In this document: in pieces, positions 13,401-27,333 of the stretch
Layout: every line of letters starts with the position of its first letter
How positions within the stretch are numbered: the first letter of the stretch is position 1
Assembly: GCA_028826165.1 (NCBI GenBank)
Contig: JAPDFW010000033.1
Location: 124,001-188,000 of the forward strand
Source of the DNA: Anaeramoeba ignava BMAN
Lineage: Eukaryota; Protista; Anaeramoebae
Reading direction: 5' to 3'
DNA: 64,000 nucleotides
Translations under genes and position numbers: made by a program
The notes under the pieces: generated by a model
Seen by the model: only the letters and a program-made list of their open reading frames with translations
The model's database searches: none
What the model was told of the DNA's origin: nothing

Positions 13401-14848
13401 TATTTATTAATTTATTTATTAATTTAATTATTAATTTATTTATTAATTTATTTATTAATTTATTTATTAATTTATTTCAAAATCGGATAAAAATTTATTT
13501 ATTAATTTAATTATTAATTTATTTAAAAATTTATTTAATAATTTATTTAAAAATTTATTTATTAATTTATTTCAAAATCGGATAAAAATTTATTTAATAA
13601 TTTATTTATTATTAATTTATTAATTTATTTAAAAATTTATTTATTAATTTATTAATTTATTTATTAATTTATTTATTAATTTATTTATTAATTTATTTAA
13701 AAATTTATTTAATAATTTATTTAAAAATTTATTTAATAATTTATTTAAAAATTTATTTATTAATTTATTTCAAAATCGGATAAAAATTTATTTATTAATT
13801 TATTAAAAAAAAAAAAAGAGATCGATATCAAGGAGGTTGGAGAGAAGATCAAAAATCTGGATTTGGATATTACTTCTATCTAAACGGAGATATTTTCGAA
13901 TCATTCTGGTATTCCGGATTAAAACACGATCCTGAAGCTAAATTCTATCCTGGAAACGACACAAGCAAAGTAATCATAGAAAGTTATTCAGATGGAGTAC
14001 AAAAAGAAATCAAAGAAACTCGATCAGCAACAAAAAGACCTAGTTTTATTCCTAGATTTGAAATGGAAGAATCAGACTTAAAAAAATTTCTTGATCATCG
14101 CGAATCAAGAAATGAAAGACCTGAAGCAGTTATTCCAAGTAATTTCGCTAACAAATGCGAGATGGTGATCCGTTCTTGCTTGTTTTCCAAGCAGGACTAT
14201 AAGTCTTTAATTACAGAAAATACAAGAGCAATTAGTCAAATGGAACATAATGCAGCAAAACATTTTTCAGACTTGAATTTTTGGGAATGGTCAAAAGAAC
14301 AAGTTTCTGATTGGCTTGATTTACTCGAAATTGTTTCAATCAAACCGCTGTTTTTACAGCACTGTATTGATGGATATTGTCTCCAATTTTTAACTGAGTC
14401 TGATCTCAAAGAAATGGAAATTTATGATCTTGATTTGATCCAAAAAATTTTAAAAGAAACTCAAAATTTAAAAGAAAATGAAAGTTTACCTAAAAATTTT
14501 CAAAATTCCCATTTGGGTCAAAAGGATAATTCAAATTTAACTTCAGATATCAATTCAAATCATGTTGAAAATGACTTGCGTTCAATTCCTGATTCATTTA
14601 AAAAAAGATTAGAAGAAAAAAATATCAATATTCCTCAAGAATATATTTGTCCTCTTTCAAAGGAATTAATGCAAGATCCAGTTATTTTGAGTGATGGTTA
14701 TACTTATGAAAGAAAAGCTATTGAAGAATGGATTACAAAAAGTAATTATTCTCCTGTTGATGGTTCTCTTCTTTCTGATATCAAATTAAAACCAAATACT
14801 GCTTTAAAGGAACTTATTGAAATTTTTAAAGACAATGTTATGCTTTAA
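10455..14848 (+). CDS. MORN-repeat + SAM + U-box protein (putative E3 ubiquitin ligase); 11 exons
   Basis: Spliced YEG.W...K.HG.G MORN repeats are joined in frame, through the final exon 13819-14848, to a SAM domain (WSKEQVSDWL...FLQHCIDGYCLQFLTESDLKEM) and a U-box (IPQEYICPLSKELMQDPVILSDGYTYERKAIEEW). Confidence 0.88.
13033..13818 (+). repeat. Composite intronic satellite of the same family as 7558-8447, with about 8 AAAATCGGATAAAAA motifs
   Basis: Its units are the reverse complement of the kinase-intron satellite units. Confidence 0.9.
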
Positions 14849-14927
14849 AAAAAAAAATTAAATCAAATTCAAAAACTAAATCAAAATCAAAATCAAAATC
14901 AAAATAAAAATAAAAAAACTTTATTTT

Positions 14928-17900
14928 TTATTTTTTTGCAAAATTTAAATCTAAATTTGAATCAGAATTTAAATCAGAATTTAAATCATAATTTAAATTT
15001 GAATTTAAATCAGAATTTGTTTTAGAATTTGTTTTTGAATTTAAATTAGAATTTGTTTTTGAATTTGTTTTTGAATTTAAATTAGAATTTGTTTTTGAAT
15101 TTAAATTTGTTTTTGAATTTGTTTTTGAATTTGTTTTTAAATTTGTTTTTGAATTTGTTTTTGAATTTAAATTTAAATCAGAATTTGAATCAGAATTTGA
15201 ATCAGAATTTAAATTAGAATTTGATTTTAAATTAAATTCTAAATTTAAATTTGAATCAGAATTTAAATCAGAATTTAAATCAGAATTTAAATTGGAATTT
15301 GATTTTGAATTTAAATTGGAATTTAAATTGGAATTTGATTTTGAATTTAAATTGGAATTTAAATTGGAATTTGATTTTGAATTTGGTTTTGAATTGAATT
15401 TTAAATTGGGAATATCAATTAATTTTGTAGTTTCATTTCCTTTTGAACCAGCATTTTTCCAAATAAACTTAGCACAATCAACAAAACCAAATTGATAAAG
15501 ATAAGTACCATAAACATAATGAATAGATTCAATAATTTCATTAATTTTAGGTGAAATTTTGGAATTTTTTGAAAATATTTTAAGTTTTGAAAAATTGGGT
15601 AAATTAAGTTGTTTAGCGCCTTTAAAAAGAATAAGAGGAAAATCATGAATATGAAGTTCAATCAAAAGAGAAAAAACAGTGTAAAAATCGCCAATTAAAA
15701 GAGAAACATAAAGTGCCTTTTCTTTTTGATTTGATTCAATCAAATGCCTTGAATAGCGTTTCCATAAGGAGTAACTTTTTTCAAGACTACAATTTAATTT
15801 TACAATTTTAATCGATTCTTCCCAATAGTTAAATAATTGCAAATATTTTGCTGCCTCAAAATAAAGACCGATTGAGCAAAGAAGTTGCGAAGCTTCAAAT
15901 ACTTTTCCTGAGTTAATTAAATGAATACTAATTAATTTAATTGTTGAATCTAATTTTTCTCTTGATATTGATGATGCAATAGAAACTGCAAGAAGAAAAT
16001 CTCGATACGAAATGTTTTCATTTGAATCGTTTGTGTTTGTTACTTGAAGAATCGATTCAAGTGCCTTTTCTCGTTCATTTAGAACAAGAAGATCATTTAT
16101 AATTGGGTTTTCTATTTTTCTATTTTGTTTTTTAGGTGATCGATTTGAATTATTTTCTTCTTCTTTTTTGACTGAATTTTTATTTTCTTCATTTTCAATT
16201 TCGTGTGTTTGAATAATAAGTTTTTCAGTTAAATTTTTTCTAAATAAACCAATTTTATCAAGGAATGGATTTTGTAAATCTTGTTCTCCAATAATTTTTA
16301 TTTTATATTTACTATTTTCTAATTCATTTTCATTTTCATTTTCTATTTCATTTTCATTTTCTATTTCATTTTCATTTTCATTTTCTATTTTATTTTCATT
16401 TTCATTTTCATTTTCTATTTGATTTTCATTTTCATTTTCTATTTGGTTTTCTGTTGCTTTAAATTGCTTTAAATGAACCCAAACAAAACTCCAAAATTTT
16501 GATTCTTCATAATCTCCATAAAATTTTGCAATTTTTCTTGAACGTTTGATAATAGAATTTGTTGTTCTAAGTTTTTGAAGAAAAACAGGATCCATTTTAG
16601 AAATAAAAAAATCCAATTCATGATTCACTTTGATTGGAACATTTTCAACTAAAAAAAAATCATTTTGTTTTTGAACTCCATATCTTAAAATTGTTTTTAA
16701 TTGTAATGCATTATTCAAAGATAGAAAATATGGAGTAATCAAATAATCATGTAAAGATTGAATAAAAAATGGTATTTTTAAATCAGTTGAATCAATCCTA
16801 GTAATTTTAATAGAACCATCATTACAAACTAAATATATAAATAAAAATATTTATAATTAAAAATTTAAATTTGTTCTTCTTTTTTTTTTTTCTTCTACAA
16901 ACTTAAAATTAAAGTAGATTCAGAAATACAATCAAAATCTACATAATTATTTAATTTTCCAACTGATATTCTTTGGTCAATTTGTTTAGATAATTCTAAA
17001 TCATAAATATTTATCCCTCCATTATTTAAAAGACAAACTAAAAGAGAACTTTTAAACCCACAAAAACTCATTTTTAAAATTTTTTTAGAAACTGAAATTG
17101 AATTGATTTTTTTCTGCTTTTCCCATTCAATATAATTAATTGCAGATTTATTTGAAAATGCAAGGAATCTATTAAATAATATATATTTTAAGAAATGAAA
17201 AAAGATTTTGATTTTGATTTTGATTTAAATCAAACCTTGAATTATTTGTTGAAAAATAAAAAGAATTTAATTGAAGCGTAAAAGATAAATCATTTTCAAA
17301 TTTCCATAAAGATTCATCATCTATTGAATATTTTTGACCTATATCTAATAAAAATAAAAATTATGAATATATAAATATAAAATTTTTTTTAAATAATTTC
17401 TAATCAAATACTTGAAGAATTTTTCCACAATAAAAAACTATTTGAATTTTCATTAAAAGAACTTGGAAACCATGAAAATAAACAAGAATTAACTTGTTCA
17501 AATGGAATAATTTTTTCTTGTGATAAATCCCAAAGTTCAATAAATCTATTAAAAATAAAAATTAAAATTCAAATTAAAATTCATTTGAAAATAATTTCAA
17601 ACTGTGTTGAAAAAGCAATAGCTAAATATTGAGATGATGGAGATATATAAATATCCTCTATCATATCAGAATCCCGACGATCTTTTCTGAATTGTTTTGA
17701 TTGTCCATTAAAAATATCAACAAAATTGATTCGATTTGAATATTCATGATACATTCTAAATAAATTTATTTTTTCAAATGATAATTTTTTTTTGTATTTT
17801 ATAAAAAAAAAAAAAAGATATAAAATCACACAAACTTTGAAAAACTGTATATAAGAACAACTCTTGAATTCATCCAAAATATTTTGCGAATAGGATCTAC

Positions 17901-19757
17901 AGTAATTCGAAATTTTGATAAAATTTCACCTGAAGTATAATTTAAAATCTAAATTGGAAAGAAGAATAGAAAACATTTTTTTTTAAAAATGATATTTTGG
18001 AAATTTTTATAATAATATCAATATCAATATAAAATATATACTTGAATAAATCCTGAATAATTTCCTAAACAAACAAGAGGTTCTGTTCCAAATTTTGAAA
18101 CAGAAATTGAACAAGGTTTTTCGAAAATATTTTCTTGCATTCCAACAAGAGATATTTTTGATTCTTTTTTTAAGAAACCAAATTTAAATTTCCAACTTCA
18201 AAAAAAAAAGAGAAATATATAATTATAAATATATAATTATAAATATATAAATTTGAGAATAAATACATCATTCCATCTGTTGATAATAAAATCAAGTGAT
18301 TTGGAGACAAAATTGAGTTGACTAAACATGAAAATTTAGTTTTCCATCTCAAAGATTTTGTTGATTTAAGTAATTCATCAATTTGGATTAATTTCAGAGT
18401 AGTTTGATTATTATTTATTTCAGGTTTCCATGATGATAAACTACCATCACTATGCAAACAAATAAAAATTTCTTGACTAAATGTTGGGAAAATTAAATCA
18501 ACGAACCCACTTCTATAGGGTTCTAATTCTACACATGATATCCTTTTTTTCCTTTTATAATTTATCATAAGTATTTCCTTTTCATAAAGAATAAATACAA
18601 TATCATCTTGATTTGGTGAGAATATCATTTTGGGGAATTTCTGCTCAAAATATTCATTTTGAATCAAGAAAACACCTCCAAATTTTGAAAAATATTCTTC
18701 ATTTGTAGATTTTGAATCATTTATAAAATTGGATTTTTTTATTTTAGGTTTTTTTATTTTGGATTTTCTTTTGACTTTTTGTGAATGTGATAAATTTTCA
18801 TTAAAAACATTTGATTTTCTTTTTGTAAAAGTATATTTTGTCTTTATAAAAGGAATTGATGGATTTTTTGAGTTTTCTGCAAAAGATTAAAATTCAAATT
18901 AAAATTCAAATTAAAATTCAAATTCAAATTAAAAAATATAAATATAAAAATATACCTTGAATTAATAATATTTTGTTTTGAGTTGAAAAGAAAATGTGAT
19001 TAAATCTTATATAAATATATTCAACAGAATTTTCAAATTGAAAAAGCCATTTAAGTTGAGGTTTTTTTTGAGATTCAACAATATCAGTTTCTTAAAAAAT
19101 TTTTTCAATTAAAATTTTCAATTAAATTTTTCAATTTAAATTTTTTCAATTTATTTAAATACCTTCTAAATTCCATAAAGAAATTGTAGAAGAAGAATCA
19201 AGTATTACAATTCTAAGAGGATATTTTGAATACCATTCAATTTGTTGAATTTTATATTTAGATTTTTCTTTATTTTGGTGACTAAAATTAAATAAGATCT
19301 AAAAATAAAAAAAATTTTTTTTTCAATTTTTTAATTTAAATAATTAAAAATATAAATAATAAATTTACTTCATTATTGAAAACTTGCCAAATAATAATAG
19401 TACCAGATAAATCACCACTTGCTAATAAAAACTTATAAGTATCATTTGGATGAGAAGGAAATGGCATTGGAAGCCTATTGAAAGTATAAGTATTTAATGA
19501 GAAAAAATTAATAAATTGAGGAAAATTTTTCAAAATGAATTTTTCGAATTAAAAAAATAAACATGAAAATTAAAAACAAACCATTTTGTTATTGTTACAA
19601 TATCTTGGTGTCCAATAAGTGTGTGAATTTGATTGAGTTGTTTTGGGTCTGAGATTATAACATTTCTATGAACACCAAAAGATATAAGATTTTGAATTCC
19701 CCAATCAAGAGAATTTTGATTTTGAATATGTAATCCACCATATAAAACTTTCAACAT
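14928..19757 (-). CDS. WDR11: WD-repeat protein WDR11 homologue, multi-exon, with low-complexity N/S/K-rich tail
   Basis: N-terminus LYGGLHIQNQNSLDWGIQNLISFG...HQDIVTITKW and LLASGDLSGTIIIW; C-terminal block LINSGKVFEASQLLCSIG...AAKYLQ...WEES. The GT-AG joins I checked keep frame. Confidence 0.8.
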
Positions 19758-19849
19758 AAAAAAAAAAATGAAAAAAAATGAAAAATGAAAAATGAAAAAT
19801 GAAAAATGAAAAAATTTTTTTATTCCACTTTTTTTTTCCAATTAAATTT

Positions 19850-20712
19850 ATAATAAATTTATAAATAATTTTATAATTAATTTAATAAATAATTTTATAA
19901 ATAATTTTATAAATAATTTTATAAATAATTTTATAAATAATTTTATAAATAATTTAATAAATAATTTTATAAATAATTTTATAAATAATTTTATAAATAA
20001 TTTTATAAATAATTTTATAAATAATTTTATAAATAATTTTATAAATAATTTTATAAATAAATTTTATAAATATTTTTATAAATAATTTTATAAATAAATT
20101 AATAAATAATTTTTATAAATAATTTTATAAATAATTTTATAAATAATTTTGTATTTAAATTTATAAATAATTTTATAAATAATTTTAATAAATAATTTAA
20201 TAAATAAATTTATAATAAATTTTATAAATAAATTTTATAATTAATTTAATAAATAATTTTATAAATAATTTTATAAATAATTTTATAAATAATTTTTATA
20301 AATAATTTTATAAATAATTTAATAAATAATTTTATAAATAATTTTATATATAATTTTATAAATAATTTTATAAATAATTTTATAAATAATTTTATAAATA
20401 ATTTTATAAATAATTTTATAAATAATTTTATAAATAATTTTATAAATAATTTTATAATTAAATTTATAAATAATTTTAAATTAATAAATAATTTTATAAA
20501 TAATTTTATAAATAATTTTATAAATAATTTTATAAATAATTTTATAAATAATTTTATAAATAATTTTATAAATAATTTTATAAATAAATTTATAAATAAT
20601 TTTATAAATAATTTTATAAATAATTTTATAAATAATTTTAATAAATAATTTTATAAATAATTTTATAATTAATTTTAATAAATAATTTTATATTTAAATT
20701 TTATAATTAATT
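19850..20712. repeat. Intergenic 12-bp satellite (ATAAATAATTTT)n
   Basis: Direct tandem array between the WDR11 promoter and the 3' end of the next gene. Confidence 0.9.
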
Positions 20713-20762
20713 GGTAAAAGTTTTTTTATTTAATCCGTTCTTCTTTTCAAATAAAAAAATTT

Positions 20763-23700
20763 TCATTTCAATTTTCCAACTTTTTTTGCAAATCTATCAG
20801 AATCATTCATATTTATAAACTGAATATAAATACAATGATTTCCAATCGAAATTCGAAAAATATCATTTCTTTGAGAATGTCGACTAACAAGAGTTCTTTC
20901 TTTTTTAAAAATAGTTGAAACAGTTTGAGAAACAACTTCAATACTTTGTGAAGAAACAAGAAGTTTAATATTTTTATGAACTAAAGAAAAATTAGGATTT
21001 AATAAATTAACTTCAAATTGAAAAATTTCAAGTTTTTTCTCTTCAGGAATCAAAATTGGAGTCAATTGTCTATTATATTCAGGTTTTTGATCATATCCTA
21101 ATGTTCTTATTTTTTGAATTCCTTTTTTGATTTTTTTAGGTGATCCTAAATGTTTTTCTATATTTTTGGGTGATTTGAAAAAAGGTGAATTTGGAATATT
21201 TTGATTTGGTTCAAAAAGTCTTCTTGATGAAAAAAATTGATGAAATGTTTGTAGAAATAATTTTTTTAAATTGTCTGAATTTGCTAAAATATAAAGTTTT
21301 TTTGTTGGATCAAAATCTACTTTGATAAATTTATCTTCTGTTATTGTGCACTTAATTTTAATTATAATTTAAATTATAATTTTAATTTTAATTTTATAAA
21401 TGAATTTTAATTTTAATTTATAAAAACAATACATTTAAATTACTTGACCATGGAGTAGAAAATTGTGGTAAATTTTCTGAAGAAATTGAAAAATTATTTT
21501 GATCCATAATAATTGAGGAAATCCATGTTTTATTTGATATGATTACATCTAATTGAAAATGAGCTTTTTCAAGAAAATATAATCTTTCTGCAATAAATCT
21601 AATTTCACTAGCTAAAAAAATTTTAAATTTTAAATCAAATTTAAATCAAATTTAAATCAAATTTAAATCAAATTTAAACCAAAATTAAATTAAATTAAAT
21701 CAATTTAAATCAATTATTAAATTAAATTTTAAATCAATTTTAATTAAATCAAATTTAAATCAAATTTAAATAAAATTTAAATCAAATTTAAATCAAATTT
21801 AAATCAAATTTAAATCAAATTTAAATCAAATTTAAATCAAATTTAAATCAAATTTAAATCAAATTTAAATCAAATTTAAATCAAATTCAAATCAAATTTA
21901 AATCAAATTTAAATCAAAATTAAATTTAAATCAAATTTAAATCAAATTTAAATCAAATTTAAATCAAATTTAAATCAAATTTAAATCAAATTTAAATCAA
22001 ATTTAAATCAAATTTAAATCAAATTTAAATCAAATTTAAATCAAATTTAAATCAAATTTAAATCAAATCAAATTTAAATCAAATCAAATTTAAATCAAAT
22101 TTAAATCAAATTTAAATCAAATTTAAATCAAATTTAAATCAAATTTAAATCAAATTTAAATTAAATCAAATTTAAATTAAATCAAATTTAAATCAAATTT
22201 AAATCAAATCAAATTTAAATCAAATTTAAATCAAATTTAAATCAAATTTAAATCAAATCAAATTTAAATCAAATCAAATTTAAATCAAAATTAATTCAAA
22301 TTTAAATCAAATTTAAATCAAAATTAATTCAAATTTAAATCAAAATTAAATCAAATTAAAATCAAATTTAAATCAAATTTAAATCAAATCAAATTTAAAT
22401 CAAATCAAATTTAAATCAAAATTAATTCAAATTTAAATCAAAATTAAATCAAATTTAAATCAAATTTAAATCAAAATTAATTCAAATTTAAATCAAATTT
22501 AAATCAAATTTAAATCAAATTTAAATCAAATTTAAATTAAATTTAAATCAAATTTAAATCAAATTTAAATCAAATTTAAATCAAATTTAAATCAAATTTA
22601 AATCAAATTTAAATCAAATTTAAATTAAATCAAATTTAAATCAAATTTAAATCAAATTTAAATCAAATTTAAATCAAATTTAAATCAAATTTAAATCAAA
22701 TCAAATTTAAATCAAATCAAATTTAAATCAAAATTAATTCAAATTTAAATCAAATTTAAATCAAATCAAATTTAAATCAAATCAAATTTAAATCAAAATT
22801 AATTCAAATTTAAATCAAAATTAAATCAAATTAAAATCAAATTTAAATCAAATTTAAATCAAATCAAATTTAAATCAAATCAAATTTAAATCAAAATTAA
22901 TTCAAATTTAAATCAAAATTAAATCAAATTTAAATCAAATTTAAATCAAATTTAAATCAAATTTAAATCAAATTTAAATCAAATTTAAATCAAATTTAAA
23001 TCAAATTTAAATCAAATTTAAATCAAATTTAAATCAAATTTAAATCAAATTTAAATCAAATTTTAAATCAAATTTTAAATCAAATTTAAATCAAATTTAA
23101 ATCAAATTTAAATCAAATTTAAATCAAATTTAAATCAAATTTAAATCAAATTTAAATCAAATTTTTAAATCAAATTTAAATCAAATTTTAAATCAAATTT
23201 TTAAATCAAATTTAAATCAAATCAAATTTAAATCAAATTTAAATCAAATTTAAATCAAATTCAAATCAAATTTAAATCAAATTTAAATCAAAATTAAATT
23301 TAAATCAAATTTAAATCAAATCAAATTTAAATCAAATTTAAATAAAATTTAAATCAAATTTAAATCAAATTTAAATCAAATTTAAATCAAATTTAAATCA
23401 AATTTAAATCAAATTTAAATCAAATTTAAATCAAAATTAAATCAAATTTTAAATCAAATTTAAATCAAAATTAAATCAAATTTAAATCAAATTTAAATTT
23501 AAATCAAAATTAAATCAAAATTAAATCAAAATTAAATCAAATTTAAATCAAATTTAAATCAAATTTAAATCAAATTTAAATCAAAATTAAATCAAATTTA
23601 AATCAAATTTAAATCAAATTTAAATCAAATTTAAATCAAATCAAATTTAAATCAAATCAAATTTAAATCAAATTTAAATCAAAATTAATTCAAATTTAAA

Positions 23701-25413
23701 TCAAATTTAAATCAAATTTAAATCAAATTTAAATCAAATTTAAATCAAAATTAAATCAAATTTAAATCAAATTTAAAATCAAATTTTAAATCAAATTTAA
23801 ATCAAATTTAAATCAAATTTAAATCAAATCTAAATCAAATTTTAAATCAAATTTAAATCAAATTTAAATCAAATTTAAATCAAATTTAAATCAAATTTTA
23901 AATCAAATTTAAATCAAATTTAAATCAAATTTAAATCAAATCAAATTTAAATCAAATTAAAATCAAATTAAAATCAAATTTAAATCAAATCAAATTTAAA
24001 TCAAAATTAAATCAAATCTTAAATCAAATCTAAATCAAATCTAAATCAAATCAAATCAATTATTAAATTAAATCAAATTTAAATCAAATCTAAATCAAAT
24101 TTAAATTAAATCAAATTTAAATCAAATTTTAAATCAAATTTAAATCAAATTTAAAATCAAATTTTAAATCAAATTTAAATCAAATTTAAATCAAATTTAA
24201 ATCAAATTTAAATCAAATTTAAATCAAATTTAAATCAAATTTTAATCAAATTTAAATCAAATTTAAATCAAATTTAAATCAAATTTAAATCAAAATTAAA
24301 TTAAATCAAATTTAAATCAAAATTAAATTAAATCAAATTTAAATCAAATTTAAATCAAAATTAAATTAAATCAAATTTTAAATCAAATCTAAATCAAATT
24401 TAAATCAAATTTAAATCAAATTTAAATCAAATTTAAATCAAATTTTAAATCAAATTTAAATCAAATTTAAATCAAATTTAAATCAAATCTAAATCAAATT
24501 TAAATCAAATTTAAATCAAATTTAAATCAAATTCAAATCAAATTTAAATCAAAATTAAATCAAATTTAAATCAAATTTAAATCAAATTTAAATCAAATCT
24601 AAATCAAATCTAAATCAAATTTAAATTAAATCAAATTTAAATCAAATTAAAATCAAATTTTAATCAAATTTAAATCAAATTTTAAATCAAATTTAAATCA
24701 AATTTTAAATCAAATCTAAATCAAATTTAAATCAATATTCAAATCAATTTTAAATCAAATTAAATCTAAATTAAATCAAATTTAAATCAAAATTAAATTA
24801 AATCAAATTTAAATCAAATTTAAATTTAAATCAAAATTAAATCAAATTTTAAATCAATTTTTCTTAACTTGAATTATATATTTTTCCTTGAATTTGGAAA
24901 TTATTTGAAATAATTGTTTCAGATCTAATTTGATATTTTTTAAATAAATTAAATAACTTGTAAATTGTTAATCTTTCTTCATAATTTTGAGTTTGAATTA
25001 TATAAGAAAGTGAATTTAAAATAGATAAACGAAAAATAATATGATTCTTTTTGGAAACTTCAAGCTTTTTTTTTTGTTTATTTTTTTGGTTATTTAAATT
25101 TAAAAAAAAAATTTTTCTTAATTAGTTAAAAAAATAAAAAGAAAAATAAAAAAATTTTTTTATTTTATTATATACAATTGTGTTTTGATAATCAAGTATT
25201 TCCGTTGTTTTATTTTCTGTCCCAATTATTATTGTAATGTTTTCATGTGTTAAAATTAAATTTATAGGGAAAATTGTTTCTGAAATCCTTAACTGTTTAT
25301 TTTTAATTTTTTAATTTTTGTTTTTTTGTTTTTTTGTTTTTTACGTTAAATTGAGCTTTTCCTGTAATAAAAAGATGGCGAACATTTTCTTTAATCTTAT
25401 TTTTTAAAGACAT
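20763..25413 (-). CDS. Hypothetical protein with about 3 tandem PH-like (SCAB-PH-like) domains; 5 exons
   Basis: Starts MSLKNKIKENVRHLFITGKAQFN; repeated A.F.V/L...Y/F.I.....ER pattern; contains the 3257-nt intron 21612-24868. The domain call is tentative. Confidence 0.6.
21630..24860. repeat. 3.2-kb 11-bp satellite (AAATCAAATTT)n inside one intron
   Basis: Continuous tandem array with variant units. Confidence 0.95.
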
Positions 25414-25427
25414 TTTTTAAAAAAGCA

Positions 25428-25459
<32 letters not shown>

Positions 25460-25693
25460 GAAAGAAATAAAAAATGAAAGTTGAAAAAAAAAATTTTTCA
25501 AAAAGTGGAATAATCAAAAAAAAATTTCGAAATTTAATTTCTTTTCTTTTTAAAAATCTTTTCTTTTTAAAAATCTTTTCTTTTCTTTTTATGTATTTAA
25601 TTTTAATTGATTTTATTTTGAAATAAGAAATTTGATTTGAATTAGAAAAAAGAAAAAAGAAAAAAGAAAAGAAAAAAAAAATTTAAAATGAAT

Positions 25694-27259
25694 CTATTTT
25701 TCGGAAATATAATTCCAAAGTCCATCAGTTAAATGATGGATTGTTTGAGCAGCAACACCTTTTTTAACAACAGGACTATAAAAAGTTTTTAATTTTAATT
25801 ATAATTTTTTTATCCGATTTTAATTTTTAGTTTTAATTTTAATTTTAATTTTTAATTTTAATATTAATTTTAATATTAATTTTAAATTTTAATTTTAATA
25901 TTAATTTTAATTTCAATATTAATTTTAATTCTTAATTTACATTTGAGAAGTTTCAACTTCTAAAACTCCAATTCCAAGTGCATGTTTTTTATCTTCTGCC
26001 ATAATTGCAATCATTGAACCTTTTGGTATATTTTCTTCTGGTAATTTTCCTCCTTTTGAAATTAATCCTGGTATCATTACATCTGCTCCTCCAATAATAT
26101 GTCGAATTGCTCCTTCATCAACTTGAATTGGTGGAAGTATATCAGGATCTTTAATATTAATATTAATATTAATTTTAATTTTAATTTTAATTTTAATTTT
26201 AATTTTCATTTTAATTTTGATTTTAATTTTAATTATAATTTTAATTTTAATTTTAATTTTAATTTTAATTTTAATATTAATTTTGATTTTAATTTTAATT
26301 TTAATTGTAATTTTAATTTTAATTTTAATTTTAATTTTAAATTAAATTTATAAATGAATTTTAATTTTAATTTTAATTTTAATTTTAATTTTAATTTTAA
26401 TTTTAAATTAAATTTATAAATGAATTTTAATTTTAATTTTAATTTTAATTTTAATTTTAATTTTTAATTTTAATTTTAATTTTAATATGAATTTTAATTT
26501 TGATTTTAATTTTAATTTTGATTTTAATTTTTAAATTCAAAATGAATTTTAATTATAATTTTAATTTTAATTTAAATTTAATATTAATTTTAATTTTAAT
26601 TTTAATTTTAATTTTAATTTTAATTTTAAATTTTAATTTTAATTTTAATTTTAATTTTTAATTTTAATTTTATTAATTTTTAAATTTAATATTAATTTTA
26701 ATTTTAATTTTAATTTTAATTTTAATTTTAATTTTAAATTTTTTAATTTTAATTTTAATTTTAATTTTAATTTTAATTTTTAATTTTAATTTTAAAATAA
26801 TTTTAATTTTAATTTTAATTTTTAATTTTAATTTTAATTTTAATTTTAATTTTAATTTTAATTTTAATATTAATTTTAATTATAATTTTAATTTTAATTT
26901 TAATTTTAATTTTAATTTTAATATTAATTTTAATTATAATTTTAATTATAATTTCAATTTTAATTTTAATTTTAATTTTAATTTTAATTTTTATATTAAC
27001 AAGAATGTAAAAGTTTTAAAGTAGGAAAAAAAGGACCGTCTCTTATAGAAAAGAAAAGAACAGTATTATTAAAAGCAAAGAGTTGAATTTTATTTGAACA
27101 TTTTATAACAACAATTGAGTTTTTTTTCTGAAAAAGATCCTGAATAAAAGTTTCTAAAGAAGGATATTGATTAAGAAGTTGTTGTTTCATTTTTTTTTTA
27201 ACGGATGTTTTAGCTAAATTTTGTCCACTAATTTCTTCTGATAAATCTTTACGAAACAT
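25694..27259 (-). CDS. MCTS1: MCTS1/Tma20 translation re-initiation factor (pre-PUA + PUA); 3 exons
   Basis: RDGPFFPTLKLLHSYPDILP..QVDEGAIRHIIGGADVMIPGL..., ending KKGVAAQTIHHLTDGLW. Confidence 0.93.
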
Positions 27260-27333
27260 TTTTTCAAAAAAGAAAAAATGAAAAAAATTTTTTTTTTAAT
27301 TTTTTTTTTCATTTTTTTTTTCATTTTTTTTAA
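27260..27333. promoter_or_regulatory. Putative 74-bp bidirectional promoter (MCTS1 / SUN gene)
   Basis: Opposed aaaatgaaaa and tcatttt motifs between divergent ATGs. Confidence 0.65.

Noticed and set aside
19758-19841. Longer WDR11 N-terminus given in the ORF track
   Set aside because: The extension is the T-rich TCATTTT promoter tract; homology begins at the ATG at 19757
21630-24860. Telomeric array
   Set aside because: It is internal to an intron, has no G-rich strand, and is flanked by in-frame exons
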